Source: the human T2T-CHM13v2.0 reference genome, Homo sapiens
Direction: 5' to 3' (one strand)
Assembly (NCBI RefSeq): GCF_009914755.1
Contig: NC_060942.1
Length of the DNA: 64,000 nt
Made by a program: the position numbers and the translations under genes. Of the stretch, positions 1 to 18,061 are shown in pieces. The notes beneath the pieces are model-generated. The model searched no databases. It was not told where the DNA came from and was given only the letters and a program-made list of their open reading frames with translations. Positions within the stretch are counted from its first letter, which is position 1. Every line of letters begins with the position of its first letter.

Positions 1-114
1 CTAAAACACTAGAGAATTTTCCATTTATAGATTATTCAAAAACTAAAATAAGCTCTAACGGATTTGTTTCAAGGGCTTTATTTACCTATTTTTTTTTAAT
101 CTAGAAGTATTTTA

Positions 115-450
<336 letters not shown>

Positions 451-1436
451 ATGATCACAAAAGTTTGCTTGGTTTTTATAAGCATTAATGACAATAAATG
501 AATCTTGTTTGATCTTAGTTTAAACACGGATTCATACAATTACAGATACAACATCAATATAAAACACAATGAATCCAAATGCATATAAACTGAAAAATTT
601 TTTAAAATTCACCCAAGTAATCCTATATTTAAATCTTAATGAAATAAAGGTAGGGTTTCCTAATCTAGTTAGAGAAAAATCTTAATTACATTTTCTAACT
701 GAGCTAAATAACCTTTTCCAAACCCAATTTAAGATGTCACTAATTGTACACTAACGGTAATCAAGTGAACTCATAACCATCAAAAATGTATTACATACTT
801 GAGTACTTTTTACATTTCATCACTAGGAAAAAAAGTTAACATTTGTAGTGCATTATTAAGTAGGTAATTTTAGAAGGTCAGTATCATTTGGTTTATGACC
901 TTTCTCTGACTGAAAGCAACAGCTGCAGAATTTCATCAAAATGAGGAAGGTGCCATGTAGGAAAGAAAAGCTAACACCAGTCAAAAGGGGAATGTTTCTT
1001 TTATTCTTAACAATGAATAAGCACAGAGGATCAACAGATGATTTTGTAAAATCATTTAGAAGACTGTGAATTTTTATGTCTTTTTCCTATACAATCTATC
1101 AAAAAGATAAAGATAGGACACAACATACTTTCAAAATCATGTTTTCCCTTAAAATTTAAATATATATGTTTTCTTCATAATTAGGACATTTAATAATTCA
1201 GGAGGGGTTCTGTACTAGATACAATTTTCTGCAAAGACAAAACCTTTTGTTCTAAAAGTTTAAAAACCAGACTAAATGACATTTTTAAAAATCTGAGTTA
1301 AATATGCGTATGCAACAACCCTATTCCTTTCAAATGGAGAGGTAACAATATGTTATTTGATCAGTGTCTTTTTGCCTTATAGTTAATATTTTAAGCATTT
1401 TAATATTAATATTAATTTTTGATATTTTTAAGTTAA

Positions 1437-1727
<291 letters not shown>

Positions 1728-2672
1728 AACTCTGAAATATTTTTAATACATCATGTTTTAAAAGAAGGAAGAAGCAGTCAAAGCTAAAGTTAAGAAAAAT
1801 TAGAATAAAATTATGCATAGTGTCACGATGCACATGTTAAGCCAACCTTGGGGATACCCTTATTATAACAGGCTCTCATTCTTTCATTGACTTTAGGGGT
1901 CTGGTTTGCTCAGAAAATACTTTGATATCCATGACTAAGTTTAAATTATAGATTACTGGTGTAAAAATAGAAACCAATAAGATCTGCAACATGACTCCAG
2001 CTGCCAGTGAGCATGAACTAGTACTCCCTTCTAGTGGTTTTATTAAAAGTGTTTGAAACTCACCAAAGAGCCTTACTTCTAATGTTTTCTACAATGTTAA
2101 CAATACACTCTATTTTAAGTACAACCTGTGAGGAAGCACTTACAGGTAGAACCACAGCACATGTGAAAAATATAGACTAATCTCTGTGTGTAAATATAAC
2201 CGTATTAGATTTAACTACAAAGTTTAATTTATCTAGATCTACACAATCGCTAGGAAAGGAGGAGTCAAAATGTATGGAAATAAAACATGCAAATATCTTT
2301 GTCAAATATGAAGATATATTGGAATCTGAGATGACGACACAAGTTCAAAATGCAAGTTAGTCTAGGCATAGTATGATCAATATTAATCGTTACTTTTATT
2401 CCATTTTTTTTCTATAAAAGATACACAAAGAAGTGAACACTGCCACTTCAGAAAAATAAAGATGAAGTCAAAAGGGAAAAGTACAACAGAAAGAATGTTT
2501 ATATCCTACTCAACATTTATGCAGTTATAAATGAAGTGAGAGGGACTGGAGGTTTGAAAGTACAGTATTATAAATATATTTGATGACTTATGGTACAGAA
2601 ATCTACTGCATTTTAAATACAGATTTAACTGTCAATGAAGTGAAAAAACAAGGCAGCAAGATGCATTACTTA

Positions 2673-2912
<240 letters not shown>

Positions 2913-3354
2913 TCAATGGTTATACTACTAGATGATTAATCAAAGAGCTGCATTAAGACAAGGAAAAAAATCTATTATTTGAGGAGCATATTAGAGAGGA
3001 AAAACCTAGATAACCTGGAATTGCTGCAATTAAGCAATTCTCAACTTAAAAGTGACCATGGCCTTAAAGTTTGTTTGCAAGTAACTTGTTCAGAATTCTG
3101 AACATGTTTCCTTTTAGGAATAATTTTATAAATGTTGATTGAGTTCTCTGGATAACTCGCAAAAGCCTATTTAATCCATAATAAGGTATGGGACTTAATT
3201 ATCATTTGGAACAATGTCTTATCTATTCAAGCTCCAATGTGACAAGCTATCTAAGCTTCTCTCTCTATTGCCCACCCAATAGAAACTTCATTCAGTCATA
3301 TGCACTATTCCCAATCACCTGCCAAAACAGAGAATTCATCAATGTAATTCACTA

Positions 3355-3765
3355 GTGATAGTCTGCATGGTGTAAAGGTCAGGGACTTTAAGTACAGGAG
3401 ATTATCCTAGATAATCTGGGTAGTCCTCATTCAATCCGTTGAAAACCTTTAAGAGCAAAACTAAGGGTTCCCTAAAGGAGAAATTCTACCTGTTGAGTGC
3501 AGCTTCAGCTCCTGCTGGCGAGTTCAGTCTGCCTTTCCTGACAGCCTGACCTGTGAATTTAGGACTTGCCTAACTAGGCCCCACAATCACATAAGCCAAT
3601 TTCTTATACTACATGGCACATGTGTACATATGTAACAAACCTGCACATTGTGCACATGTACCCTAGAACTTAAAGCATAATAAAATATATATATATAATA
3701 CATATATATATATAAATATGTATATATATTATATATATATATAGCCTGGTTCTATTTCTCTGGTT
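3355..3765 (+). mobile_element. MLT2-type ERVL LTR, interrupted by a short L1PA 3' end (~3612-3690) and (TA)n
   Basis: MLT2-like gattatcctagataatctggg...ccccacaatcacataagccaatttctt; L1 end gtaacaaacctgcacattgtgcacatgtaccctagaacttaaag. Confidence 0.7.
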
Positions 3766-3924
3766 TTTATTAACGTACCAAACTCCTCACTAAATAAAGT
3801 GTAAATGCTGTAGTCCAGCATTTGAAGCCTTGGATTACTTCGGCCTAATCTATATTGTACTATTTCTTATCAGTCCCTCGAACAAACCTCCCACATTCTA
3901 TACAAAGTGAACTATTTATTTTGA

Positions 3925-4160
3925 AGGAAGCATGGCATAGAAAGAGAAAGAATTCAAGTGTCAGAAAATATGGGTTCTGTCATTTAAAACCCATGTGTCC
4001 TTGTGGAAAACAGGTAATTTTTCTGAGCCTAAATCCCTCCATCTATATTATGAGAATCATAACCACCAAATTTAGGGTAGTGTTAAGCCTAACTAAATAA
4101 CTTACATAAAGCACCCAGGGCAGTCCTGGAACAGTGGGGCTCAATACATACTACTATTAA
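3925..4160 (+). mobile_element. MIR
   Basis: Degenerate MIR core and 3' end (ctgagcct...taaagcacccagggcagtcctgg...ctcaata). Confidence 0.6.
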
Positions 4161-4509
4161 CCCAGAAGAACAGTACATCTTCCCAAATCTGCCTCTGTTT
4201 ACATCATTCAGTTTGCTTTAATTCTCAACCTCTCCCTAGATTCTGACTGTTAAACTCCCACCAAGACTTACTTTTTCCTGTTATCGTCACCCTAAAGTCA
4301 GCTCTCATATTTAAAATATGATAGTCTTTTTATTATCCCAAACACTTTACATATCTTAAAGTTTTCTTTTGTAGTCGAGTGTAGATATAGTGACTTATGC
4401 CTGGTAAGGTGGTTGGTTATATGTGTACATCTCTTACCTACTTTATTAAATTCTAAGCTTCTTGATGGTAGAATCTGAATCTTTTATTTCTTTGTATAGC
4501 CTATACAGC

Positions 4510-4670
4510 AAGCTTGTCCAGTCTGCAGCCCACAGGCCACCTGTGGTCCAGGACAGCTTTGAATGAGCTTTAAAGCTCATCAGCTGTTGATAGTGTATTT
4601 TATGTGTGCCCCAGGACAATTATTCTTTTTCCAATGTGGCTTAGGGTAGCCAAAAGATTGGATACCCTTG
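4510..4670 (-). mobile_element. MER30-like hAT-Charlie MITE
   Basis: Ends cttgtccag ... ccaatgtggc...gccaaaagattggatacccttg. Confidence 0.7.
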
Positions 4671-5938
4671 CCAGCATCTAGCATTGTACCATACACTCAA
4701 TTAAATATTGGCTGTATTATCAGATTAATGAATAATGAAGAACTATCAGCTATGAAATCTTGTTAACATATCAATATAAAAACATATTTTTTTCTCAATA
4801 AACTGAATATTAAGATAAACATGAAAAGGCACTCTCTGGCCCACGACTGCTCTGGATTAAAGTCTCAGTCCCTCACATGCTATCTGAGTGGCCTTTAATA
4901 AGTAACTTAATCCTCCTCAGCTTCAGCTTCCTTTTTTGCAAACATAAATTATGTCTACTTCTAGCACTGTTATGAGTTCTAAGAATGCCTAGATATAATT
5001 CCCATTCCAGCCAATTTCACATACACTCAAATAATTAAAATTACTTGGGGGAAATTATTTAAGATACATTAAAGCATTATACAAAATTATAATAAACACT
5101 AATGGCCTTACTTCCATTACAGAATAATAAAATATAAAATTGGAAAAGTTACCACTGGAAATATCTGCAGACTATTATTAAAAATACACCACCAGGATAT
5201 ATTACTTTTTAGAGAACTTGAACATGGTAATAATCATTAAAGAGAATGAAGCAAAGGAAATGAAAGTGGCATAGTGCCCCTGGTAAATGATAGTTAGAAA
5301 TATATTTTAAAAGAGTAAAGTGTTTTAATGTAGTAAAACCATATACATACTGTTATATTGTCTCAGCAATATGAAGTATCATTAAAGAGATTTTTTTAAT
5401 TTTTATTTTTTCACTGAAAGCATAGTAAAGTAGGAACAAATTCTTAAAATAAGAATACTTGCAGAGGTCTAGAAATCTGCATTTTGAGAAACTTCAAAAA
5501 GTTAAAAGAAGGTAAGTAATTAAAAAATGTATACATCATTTAAGAAGAAACATTATGAGCAAATAATTTTATTGTTCTCTAGCTCCCAAACTTTTAATAT
5601 CAAATAAAATTAAACATATTGTTTTGAAGTAGTTTTCTGACCAGTTGTACTAGAAAGATATGGAATACTTATAAAATGCTAGTTATAAAATAAAACAGAA
5701 GGTCGACACCATTGATAACATAGGAGCACTTAAATTACTTACACCTCTATCTTTATAGCTTTCTTAAGTTATAGGATCATTATTATCAATATATCTTTTT
5801 CTCAACTGAAGAAACAGAGATAACTGAGGAAAAATCCAATACAATAAAAGCAAATGAAAGATAAACAAGAGTTAGCTTAGAACAATGACTTGCACATCCT
5901 ATAAACTCATTACACTGGATTCAGTACTAGTGATTTTA

Positions 5939-6157
<219 letters not shown>

Positions 6158-6889
6158 CTATGGAGAAAAAACATATATAACTTGCTAACAGAAATAATAA
6201 GAAAACCTACATTTTAAAGAAAGGAAAATTTTAAATTCCTAACAGCCAAACTGTTGTATTAAAATTAGTGAATAACTGTAGATGATGGATTAAGAACAGA
6301 TTTTAATTGTTCCAGGATCTTCTTTTAAAGTATGAGAAAAATTTGGAATAAAATGAACTTTTTAATCTTAATAAGAAAGGGCATTTTAAATGTAAACTAT
6401 TTGTGTTGTATATGTGTGTTTGTGGAAATGATATTCAGACAACTCATAAAAGAAATGAAGGCTCTCTAATATAGGTCCCAAATAATGATAATGGCCATAT
6501 TTATATTTTTTCTCATATGAGATTACTCAAATCAGTTATAAAACATCATTAAGTAGCTTAATATTTTACAGGAGAAGAATAGCTTATCATTTTAAAATCA
6601 TCAAAAAAAGCATTAGAAATGCACGGATTGGCAATTATTTAGGCAATTTTAGAAATGAAAACAGAATTCTTTTCTACTTTAAAATTAAATGACCATTTAA
6701 CAAAGAAAAATTAATGAAAAACAGTGAGATAGGAGTTTGGAAGAGTCAAAATTTCAACATGAATCATTAGACTTTTAATAATGTATAGATAATTCCAAGT
6801 GGCAAACATATAGTATTCTAAAATATTATACATTAAGAAGGGTGACACAAACTTGGCATCTATTTTCTCATTTTAAAAAATGGTAATAG

Positions 6890-7275
<386 letters not shown>

Positions 7276-7403
7276 TCAGGAAATGCAATCCTTCCTTGAG
7301 GGCTCAAGAAAGCTCCCTGGCCTGCCTACTTTGCTCTATTTTTCTCCTCTCCATCCCCAAAATGATAATCAGCTATTTATGTCTATAAGGCCGGTATACT
7401 TAC

Positions 7404-7482
7404 CACTTCGTCAAACTTTCTGTGTTTTATATAAGATCTTGCTTTTCTTAAAATGTTGAACTGTTTGGAATCAGAAAGCAGT
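7404..7482 (-). CDS. PIGN: PIGN coding exon 12 (c.1173-1251), after a 23.5-kb intron
   Basis: [26 protein letters not shown]; TATAG|AC ... GTG|GTAAGT; phase matches exon 11. Confidence 0.96.
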
Positions 7483-8673
7483 CTATATATAAAAAAAAGA
7501 ATAGGTTTAAAGGGTTTCCTCATTCCAAGTATATGTTTCTTTTTTCCCCTTAATTAAAAAACAATGATAGTGAAAATTACAAAACAGCAAACAAAACAAA
7601 AATCAAAGAAAAAAACCTGAATTGCTGTTGGTTCTCTGAAGTCTTCCAAGAAATAGCTTATAGTTAAATTTGGTTTTCTTGACTCGAAGTTTCAAATGCC
7701 GAACTACACTTATGAAAGTCATATAATCCATCATTCTGAAGAAATGTAATACTCTGGCTAACAAAGAAATTCTGATTAAATTGAAGTAATTAGCAGAACA
7801 CCAAACGTATGGCATGAGCTCTGCCACTCAGTTGTCCTGTGCTCATGGCAGACTTCACGTGATTGAGGACAGATCCATCAATGTTCTTTTTATCCCTGAG
7901 CCAAACAGGGCCTGAGAATTCTTATTATCAAAGAGCTCCAGGCAGAGACTAACCACCATTGGAAGTTAATGAATAATTTGAACGTATTTGCTATTTTTAT
8001 ACTATATCATATACCTTCTTCGTTCCTCTTTCATTTCTCTTTCCACCATTTCCCTATCCTGTTTTACCAGAGTAGAAACACTAAATACACAAGAGAAATA
8101 CTCCCAAAAAATACTGCATAACCCGAAACTACATAAAACTAAAGTCATTAAATTTATGGAATGTAGAAATTGAGGAAATATAACCAGAATTTAATTGTCT
8201 TAATGAAATAAATCTATATATTTAAATTCAAATTTGAATATATGCTGCTTAACTAAAACCTACATGTCTAAAATGAATGGCTTTACATTTTAAAAATGCA
8301 TGCAAAGTTATTTAAGGCTATATTAGGTTGGATCACATGAAATTGATGTTTCATAGGCCAAAAACTACTAAATTAAATATTGGCAACTGCACATGGGTCG
8401 ACATAATATAATCACTTATCTTCTTTCTACTTGGCTCAAGCAGTCTCTGAAGAGATAGGACTGAGACTTGTACAAAGTAAATCTTTTAAGCAGTAATTAT
8501 TAATTTGGGAGGGGGGAGGGTCAGAGACTTCTTTCAGAATCTGAAACTCTTGTCTAGAAAATGTACATAATCCAAAATTTAAAATATAATTTCAGAAAAT
8601 TCATAAACCCAGAAGCTTATCTATGAACTCTCTCAGAGTTCTATGGGATACTCTGATTAAGGATCTGTGCTTT

Positions 8674-8806
8674 GGCTTGGGACAGTGGTTCATGCTTGTA
8701 GTCCCAGCACTTTGGGGGACCGAGGTAGGAGGATCACTAGAGGTCAGGCATTCGAGACCAGCTTGGGCAACAAAGCAAGACCTCATTTCTACAAAAAATA
8801 AAAAAA
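8674..8806 (+). mobile_element. FLAM/Alu monomer
   Basis: Left-monomer consensus plus A-tail. Confidence 0.85.
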
Positions 8807-10617
8807 GAATCTGTGCCTACTCTAAGAGCTCCCAGATATTCCAACTCAGGGGAACCCAACCACACTGGGTTCTCATGTTGCAGACTGCAGGAAAATTCCC
8901 CACCACTGGATTCACTGGGATTTGGAGGGAAAAGGTGCCACAAGGCAAAAACACATGAAAGAAAAACAAGTTACTTTAAAATGTTGCTTTGATCCAGTTC
9001 TCTGTACCTTCAGATACCACACATTTTGAAGTGTTTTCCCAGAAGCCTTAGTATAGCAATTACTGTGCCAAAGTGCATAGGCATTTTTTGGAAGGCTATA
9101 TCTAAGTTGAATTTCCCAAATTTCCATAAAAGCTTTCTAGTTGACCTCCTTCCTCTTGCTCTGATCCACTCAGCTTCCTAAAATACTGATTGCATCCTCT
9201 CACTTACAATTGATATGGGCATCTCACTGTCTACTTCATCAATTCTAATCTTCCTGGACTATTGATGACCCTCTGCTGCTACTTCACTTAATTTCCCATT
9301 ATCGCAAATGTGTACCCTCAGCTGCATAATGGTGAAACTCTTCAAGCTTCACCTAGCTGGTATCATAAAGATGTTCCCCTCTTTGCTTTCTAAAATCAAA
9401 TATTCATCATCCTTTATGGTCTACTCCAAATCTCACTTCACATCATTAGCACTTCAGTTAGTGGTCTAATGATCAGTTTATTTCTCTTCAATTAAATTTT
9501 AGCCTCCATGTGGGCCAAGATAATGTCTTATATTCCATTAATATCCACAATAATACTTAGCAAAGTGCTAAAGCACATAAAATGAATCAATAAATCTTGA
9601 ATACAATGCTATCAAAATATTGCAGACCTAAAAAAGGAAGAAAAATAAGAGACTACCATACGTTGCCATTTGTAATGTACCTAAAATTTAAAATAAAAAG
9701 AAAGGAAAAAAAGCTTGTCTGAAGCTAAATTACTTAAGCTAATTTAACAGACATTCTGTTAAGTGAAGTCTTATGAAGAATAAGAGAAAAAAATTCTTAA
9801 GGAGAAATATTTACATTATATATTATGTTATGTTATATTATATTGGAAGTATTAAGGTAAAGAAACAGGAGTCAGGGTAATTTGTAATTTTTCCTAAATG
9901 CACTATTTATAAAACTTGGGACATGCCAAAGGTAGACATATCAAAGATTTGCAATATATCTGGAATTCACCAAATGTTCTATACAAGCCTCAATGTATCA
10001 CCATGACATTAAAGACTCTCATACACTTGTCCCCAAATATACGTTTTATTTTTAGTTTTCCATCAAATTGAGAGGGGATATAAAGTAAATTTTCTTGGTA
10101 TCACATACTTTAAACATAAAGAGGTTTTGTAAGAAATATAAAGTCTAGAATATAGAGTAAAATATGTTCAGATTTATGTAAACAAAACCAAATAACAACA
10201 AAATAAATGGGGGTTGGCAGAGGAGTAATTAAAGGAATGCCATATGTGAACTAAAATGAACAAGGGAGATCTATACATATAAACATGGATAAATCCTGAA
10301 AACCAAACTAAATAGAAAAAAGAACTGTTAAATAAAATAGATTTTTAAAATAGGGATTGAAGTGTATTACACCATTTTATTCCTCAGCCCCCCCCCTAAA
10401 AAGAATCTAAATATGGTAAAATGTTAACATTTTCTTAAACCTGAGTTGTGGGTACAACAATTTTTATTATATCCTCTATTCTTTTCAGCATGTTTGAAAT
10501 ATTTTATAAATAGAACTTGAAATATAACAAGAAGGATATACATATATCATGTATACATATGTATTCTTGTCTACTTCATCAATTCTATTCTGTCAATTCT
10601 TGTCTACGTCATCAAAG

Positions 10618-10933
10618 CTATTTTTTTTAGCTCCCACATATGAGTGAGAACATGTAAAATTCGTCTTTCTGTGGCGGCCTTATTTCATTTAACATAATGA
10701 TCTCCAGTTCCACCCATGTTGCTGCAAGTGACAGGATTTCATTCTTTTTTATGAATGAATAATATTGCAATATACAAGACGCATCATGTATATATACCAT
10801 ATTTTCTTTATCCCTTAATCCACTGATGGGCACTTGGATTGATTCCATATTTTAGCTACTGCAAGTAGTACTGCAATAAACATAGGAGTGCAGATTATCT
10901 CTTCAATATATTGATTTCCTTTCTTTTGGATAT
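10618..10933 (-). mobile_element. L1MA 3'-region fragment (local copy of 14414-14715)
   Basis: tagctcccacatatgagtgagaacatg...ttgatttcctttcttttggatat. Confidence 0.85.
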
Positions 10934-11159
10934 TATTGGATATTATTTAGATTATATTCCTGTATATATGTATACATGATATAGATAGATAGATACATAA
11001 TAAACTGCAACTTTGCCTCCAAAGAAAAAGACTATAAGACTGGAATACAGGAGGAAAAGTGACTTTTTATTATTGTTTGTATAAATTTTATTGTGTGCAT
11101 GCATTACTTGTTCATTAACACTTTTAAATAAAATGACTAAAACACTAAGATTTAACCAT

Positions 11160-13925
<2,766 letters not shown>

Positions 13926-14413
13926 TTAAGATAGGGTGAGGGCATTGGCAAGGGCATTTGCCAATGACACACTAGAATGCAAAGACTAAGGTAATGCTGA
14001 GAGATGATGTAAGGCACAATAGAAAGCCAGGGATATTTCTGAAGAAGAAAAGGCTACAATAGCAGCCAGCAGTGTCATTTTAGTCTTAGGAAAAGTTGTT
14101 CTAGTAAGTCACATAAAGAGTTGGCACCACAATTCCTGTGCCCAGACCTCAGAATTCACCCATCAAACCACAGAGGTAAAAAAATTCCCATTCTAAACCT
14201 TATTCAGGCAATAAATCCAAGCACTTTACACATTTTTATCACTAAAAGCTGATAATCTATTGAATATTATTCAATAAATATTGAATATTTTATTGTTATA
14301 CATGAATTAACACATAAATTATTCCATGATGCAGAAAAGTTTCTACTTCTTAAGGGCACAACCTTTTGCAGGGAATTCTATTTATCTGAATGGATGGTAA
14401 GAACATTTCCTAT

Positions 14414-15160
14414 CTATTTTTTTTAGCTCCCACATATGAGTGAGAACATGTAAAATTTGTCTTTCCGTGTCGCTCTTATTTCACTTAACATAATGATCTC
14501 CAGTTCCACTCATGTTGCTGCCAGTGACAGGATTTCATTCCTTTTTTATGAATGAATAACATTGCATCATGTATATATACCATATTTTCTTTATCCCTTA
14601 ATCTACTGATGGGCACTTAGACTGATTCCATATTTTAGCTACTGTAAGTAGTACTGCAATAAACACGGGAGTGCAGATTATCTCTTCAATATATTGATTT
14701 CCTTTCTTTTAGATATATATACCTAGTAGTGGAATTGTTGGATCATATGGTAGTTCTATATTTAGTTTTTTGAGGAACCTCCAAACTGTCTTCCATGGTG
14801 GTTGTACTAATTTACATTCCCACCAACAGTACACAGGGAGTAGAGAGTAGACTGGTGGTTACCAGAGGTTAGAAAAGTAGAGGGGAGAAGGCAATGAAGA
14901 GAGGTGGATTAATGGGTATAAATAACACAGTTTGATAGAAGAAATAAGAGCTGGTGTTCAATAGAGCAGTAGGATGACTATGGTTAACATTAATATATTA
15001 TACATTTCAAAATAGCTGGAACAGAATAATTAAAAAGATCCTGGTGTACAGAAAAGATAACTATTTAAGGTAATGGACATCCAAATTTCCCTGATTTGAT
15101 TATATGAATGTATCATGTACCCCTAAAATATGTATGTAATGTATCAATTTTACAAAGAAA
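14414..15160. mobile_element. 5'-inverted L1MA (minus segment ~14414-14835, plus 3' end ~14836-15160)
   Basis: Reverse-oriented ORF2-end/3'UTR piece joined to a forward 3'UTR (gtagagagtagactggtggttaccagagg...gtatcaatttt). Confidence 0.8.
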
Positions 15161-15832
15161 ATTTTCAAACTAAAATTCCTAGATTACTCATATAAGCTAA
15201 ATTTCTACTTAACTTCCTTATATTATTTTTATTTCAATTAATATTTCTTTTATAATATTCAGAATCCAATAGCAAATTTTTATCAGTTCCCTCTTAATGA
15301 ATGCAAATGCCTAGCACTTCCTTGCTTCTAGGTTGATAGCACAAACAGCGACAAGGACATCTGGAGTGGATTCAGAATAGCAGCAAGATCAAATACAGGG
15401 TTGAAAATTAACTTTCCCTAAGGAAAGGATGAAGGAACTACATAATTTAATATGGTGAAGAGAAGACTTCTGGAATGAAAATATGTTCTCAGATGCTAAT
15501 AAAAAAGACCCTGATTAGTTACTCTTACTTGTGAAAAGTAAATTGATTTACTTGGTACAAGAATCTTTGTTCAGAGAATATGTTTTCTTTTCAAGAAAGC
15601 AGTTTAAACATTGACACCAAAGAGTTTAGATTCCTTCCAGTTCCCTCTAGACCTATCTTTCTTCTTTTTCCAAAATAATACAAGTTTTAGATATAATATA
15701 GTATAATAATGATAAATTATTCATCTATAAAGTCTCTGGGATATTTGCAGCGTTAATTAACTCTCATGCCCTTATAAAGAATAAGCCAGCAATGGAATGT
15801 AAATTTTTGATTAACAAAAATGACCATAATAG

Positions 15833-16097
15833 AGGCTGGGTGCAGTGACTCAGGCACTTAGTACTTTGGGAGGCCAAGACAGGAGGATTGCTTGAGGCCA
15901 GGAGCTCGAGACTAGCCTTGGCAACATTAGCCAAGCATGGTGTTGCTCACCTGTTGTCCTAGCTACTCAGAAGGCTGAGGCAGGAGGACAGCTTGAGCCC
16001 AGGAAGTCAAGGCTCCAGTGAGCCATGACTGGGCCACTATACTGCAGCCTGGGAAACAGCGTGAGACCCTCTTTCTAAAAATGAAATTTAAAAAAAT
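15833..16097 (+). mobile_element. AluJ with internal deletion
   Basis: J-type ttgagcccaggaagtcaaggct; middle A-rich linker missing. Confidence 0.85.
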
Positions 16098-17865
16098 GAA
16101 AGACTATAATAGAAAAAAATTCTTAAAGCCTTAATAATTGCTGAAAAGTTACATAAGTGATCAAATCTGCACTTAAATGCCTACAAGATGATGGAAAATG
16201 AGGATAATAAAACATACTGTCTACTGATGAGAAAAAACAAACCATGTCTTGAGTGAAAAAGAAGGCACATTAAGAACTAAATGGCTGAAAAAAAGCTATC
16301 ATGATATTAATTTGCTGATAAGAACTTTCAAAGAATATTACCATTTATTCCATAGACCAAATCAGGATGATTTTTCTTCCTAAAATCAGGATGAAAATAA
16401 GAGTGAGGAAACTGAAAGATATTAGAAAGCAGTTGTACAATGAATATCCAATTCATTTCACCTTTTGAATTAAGATAATAAGAGTCTGATACCAAGTTAG
16501 TTTAACAAGAAAATATGGTATTATCCACATCTATTCAGTTTTTGAATTTTAGATATTAAGGGAGAGTTTGAATAGTAAGGGGCATCTAAAATATTAACTG
16601 AATGTTTGGTTCCTATGTTAGGAAAACTAGTTAGCATAATGAGGAATAGGAAAGGATACTGGAATGCAGACAATAGGAAACTTGGAAGGCCAGAGAAGAA
16701 GAAGATCCAATAATTTTATCACATGTTATAACTCATTATATCTTTTGTGACTATAAAAATGAAAAAAAAAAAGTGAGACAAAACTGTATAGAAAAGGTTT
16801 CTCAAAATTCTACTTTTATGAACTAATTATGAGCCCTAATGCATGAAGCATCATATAGAGAGACTGAAACACTCAAATTTTCACAAAGGTGTTATGACAC
16901 TAAACTTGTTGGCTTACCTCCCTGACAACTCCTTATTCAGAAATGGAATAACTTCTTAACAATAAAAACTGACTATGTCTATATAATGAGCTGCCATTAA
17001 GATCAGATTTTGAGAAAAATGATTAAATAAACCACAGCAACATTAGTAGACCAAGCATTCCACAGAAATACCATTATTTACTATATTACTGAACTATACA
17101 TGTGATCTAAATCTGCTTAAAAGAATACTTACCAAATTTCACTAAATTTACTAATTTACCAAAAGATCTGATGGTATTCCCTTTAAAAACATAAAGGTAC
17201 TAAATTACATATCATTTGAGGCAGAAGGAATGGCAAAAAAAGACACCAGATTAGGAGAGAGACTGTCTAGATTCAAGTTTTAGCTGTAAATCTCACTAGC
17301 AAGGTAACTAAGGACTTGGGAGTTTCAGGTTTATTATCTCTAAAGTGGAGGAAAACCTGCTTCCCACAACTCACAGGTACCTGTGAATGATATGCGTAAA
17401 ATGCAAATCTAACCATGCCTTAAAATCCACTACTTTGAGGACAAAGTAAAAATGCTAAACCTGCCTATGAGGAGAGATATGGCCCCTGCCCATTCCTCTC
17501 TTTTGCTCTTTCCTGCACTTCTTCAAATACCAGACATCATATGCCTTAGGGCTTTCTCCAACATGCTTTGAAATTTTTGTTGTGTTTCCTTTCAATGTGT
17601 GTGCATGGGAAAACAGGCAAAATTTATTTTACATTTTGCCTATTTTTCTTTGCTAAAAAACTTTATGTCTCATTATGTGCCTTTATGTAAACCTATTTCA
17701 GAAAACTATAAACTATAGAAATACTTCTCTTTTAAAAATATTTTTCTCGTCAAAAAACATGTAATTATTTTTAATAGTTAAATACAAAAAAGCATGAGTA
17801 AAAAATAAAAATCACTGCCAGAGCACATATCTTACTAATGTTAGCATTTTTCATTAAATTCCCTT

Positions 17866-18061
17866 TATATATAAATATACAATTTGTACATACATGTATA
17901 TAAATATACACGTTTGTACATACATGTATATATACACGTTTGTACATACGTGTATATAAATATACACGTTTGTACATATGTGTATATAAATATACACGTT
18001 TGTACATATGTGTATATAAATATACACGTTTGTATATATGTGTATAAACACACACACACAC
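17866..18061. repeat. 30-bp AT-rich minisatellite (~6 units) ending in (CA)n
   Basis: Unit tgtacatatgtgtatataaatatacacgtt repeated in tandem. Confidence 0.95.

Noticed and set aside
7810-7855. Alternative 7-bp stems (catgagc/gctcatg, tctgcca/tggcaga) suggesting a structured RNA
   Set aside because: Stems are too short for a pre-miRNA, and no snoRNA box arrangement was recognised.
14258-14292. AT palindrome tattgaata-t-tattcaata
   Set aside because: Short AT palindromes are expected at this base composition.
17866-18061. Palindromic 30-bp repeats resembling a CRISPR array, plus four overlapping ORFs
   Set aside because: No unique spacers, no cas genes, and the context is a eukaryotic intron. 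The ORFs are just readings of the tandem repeat.
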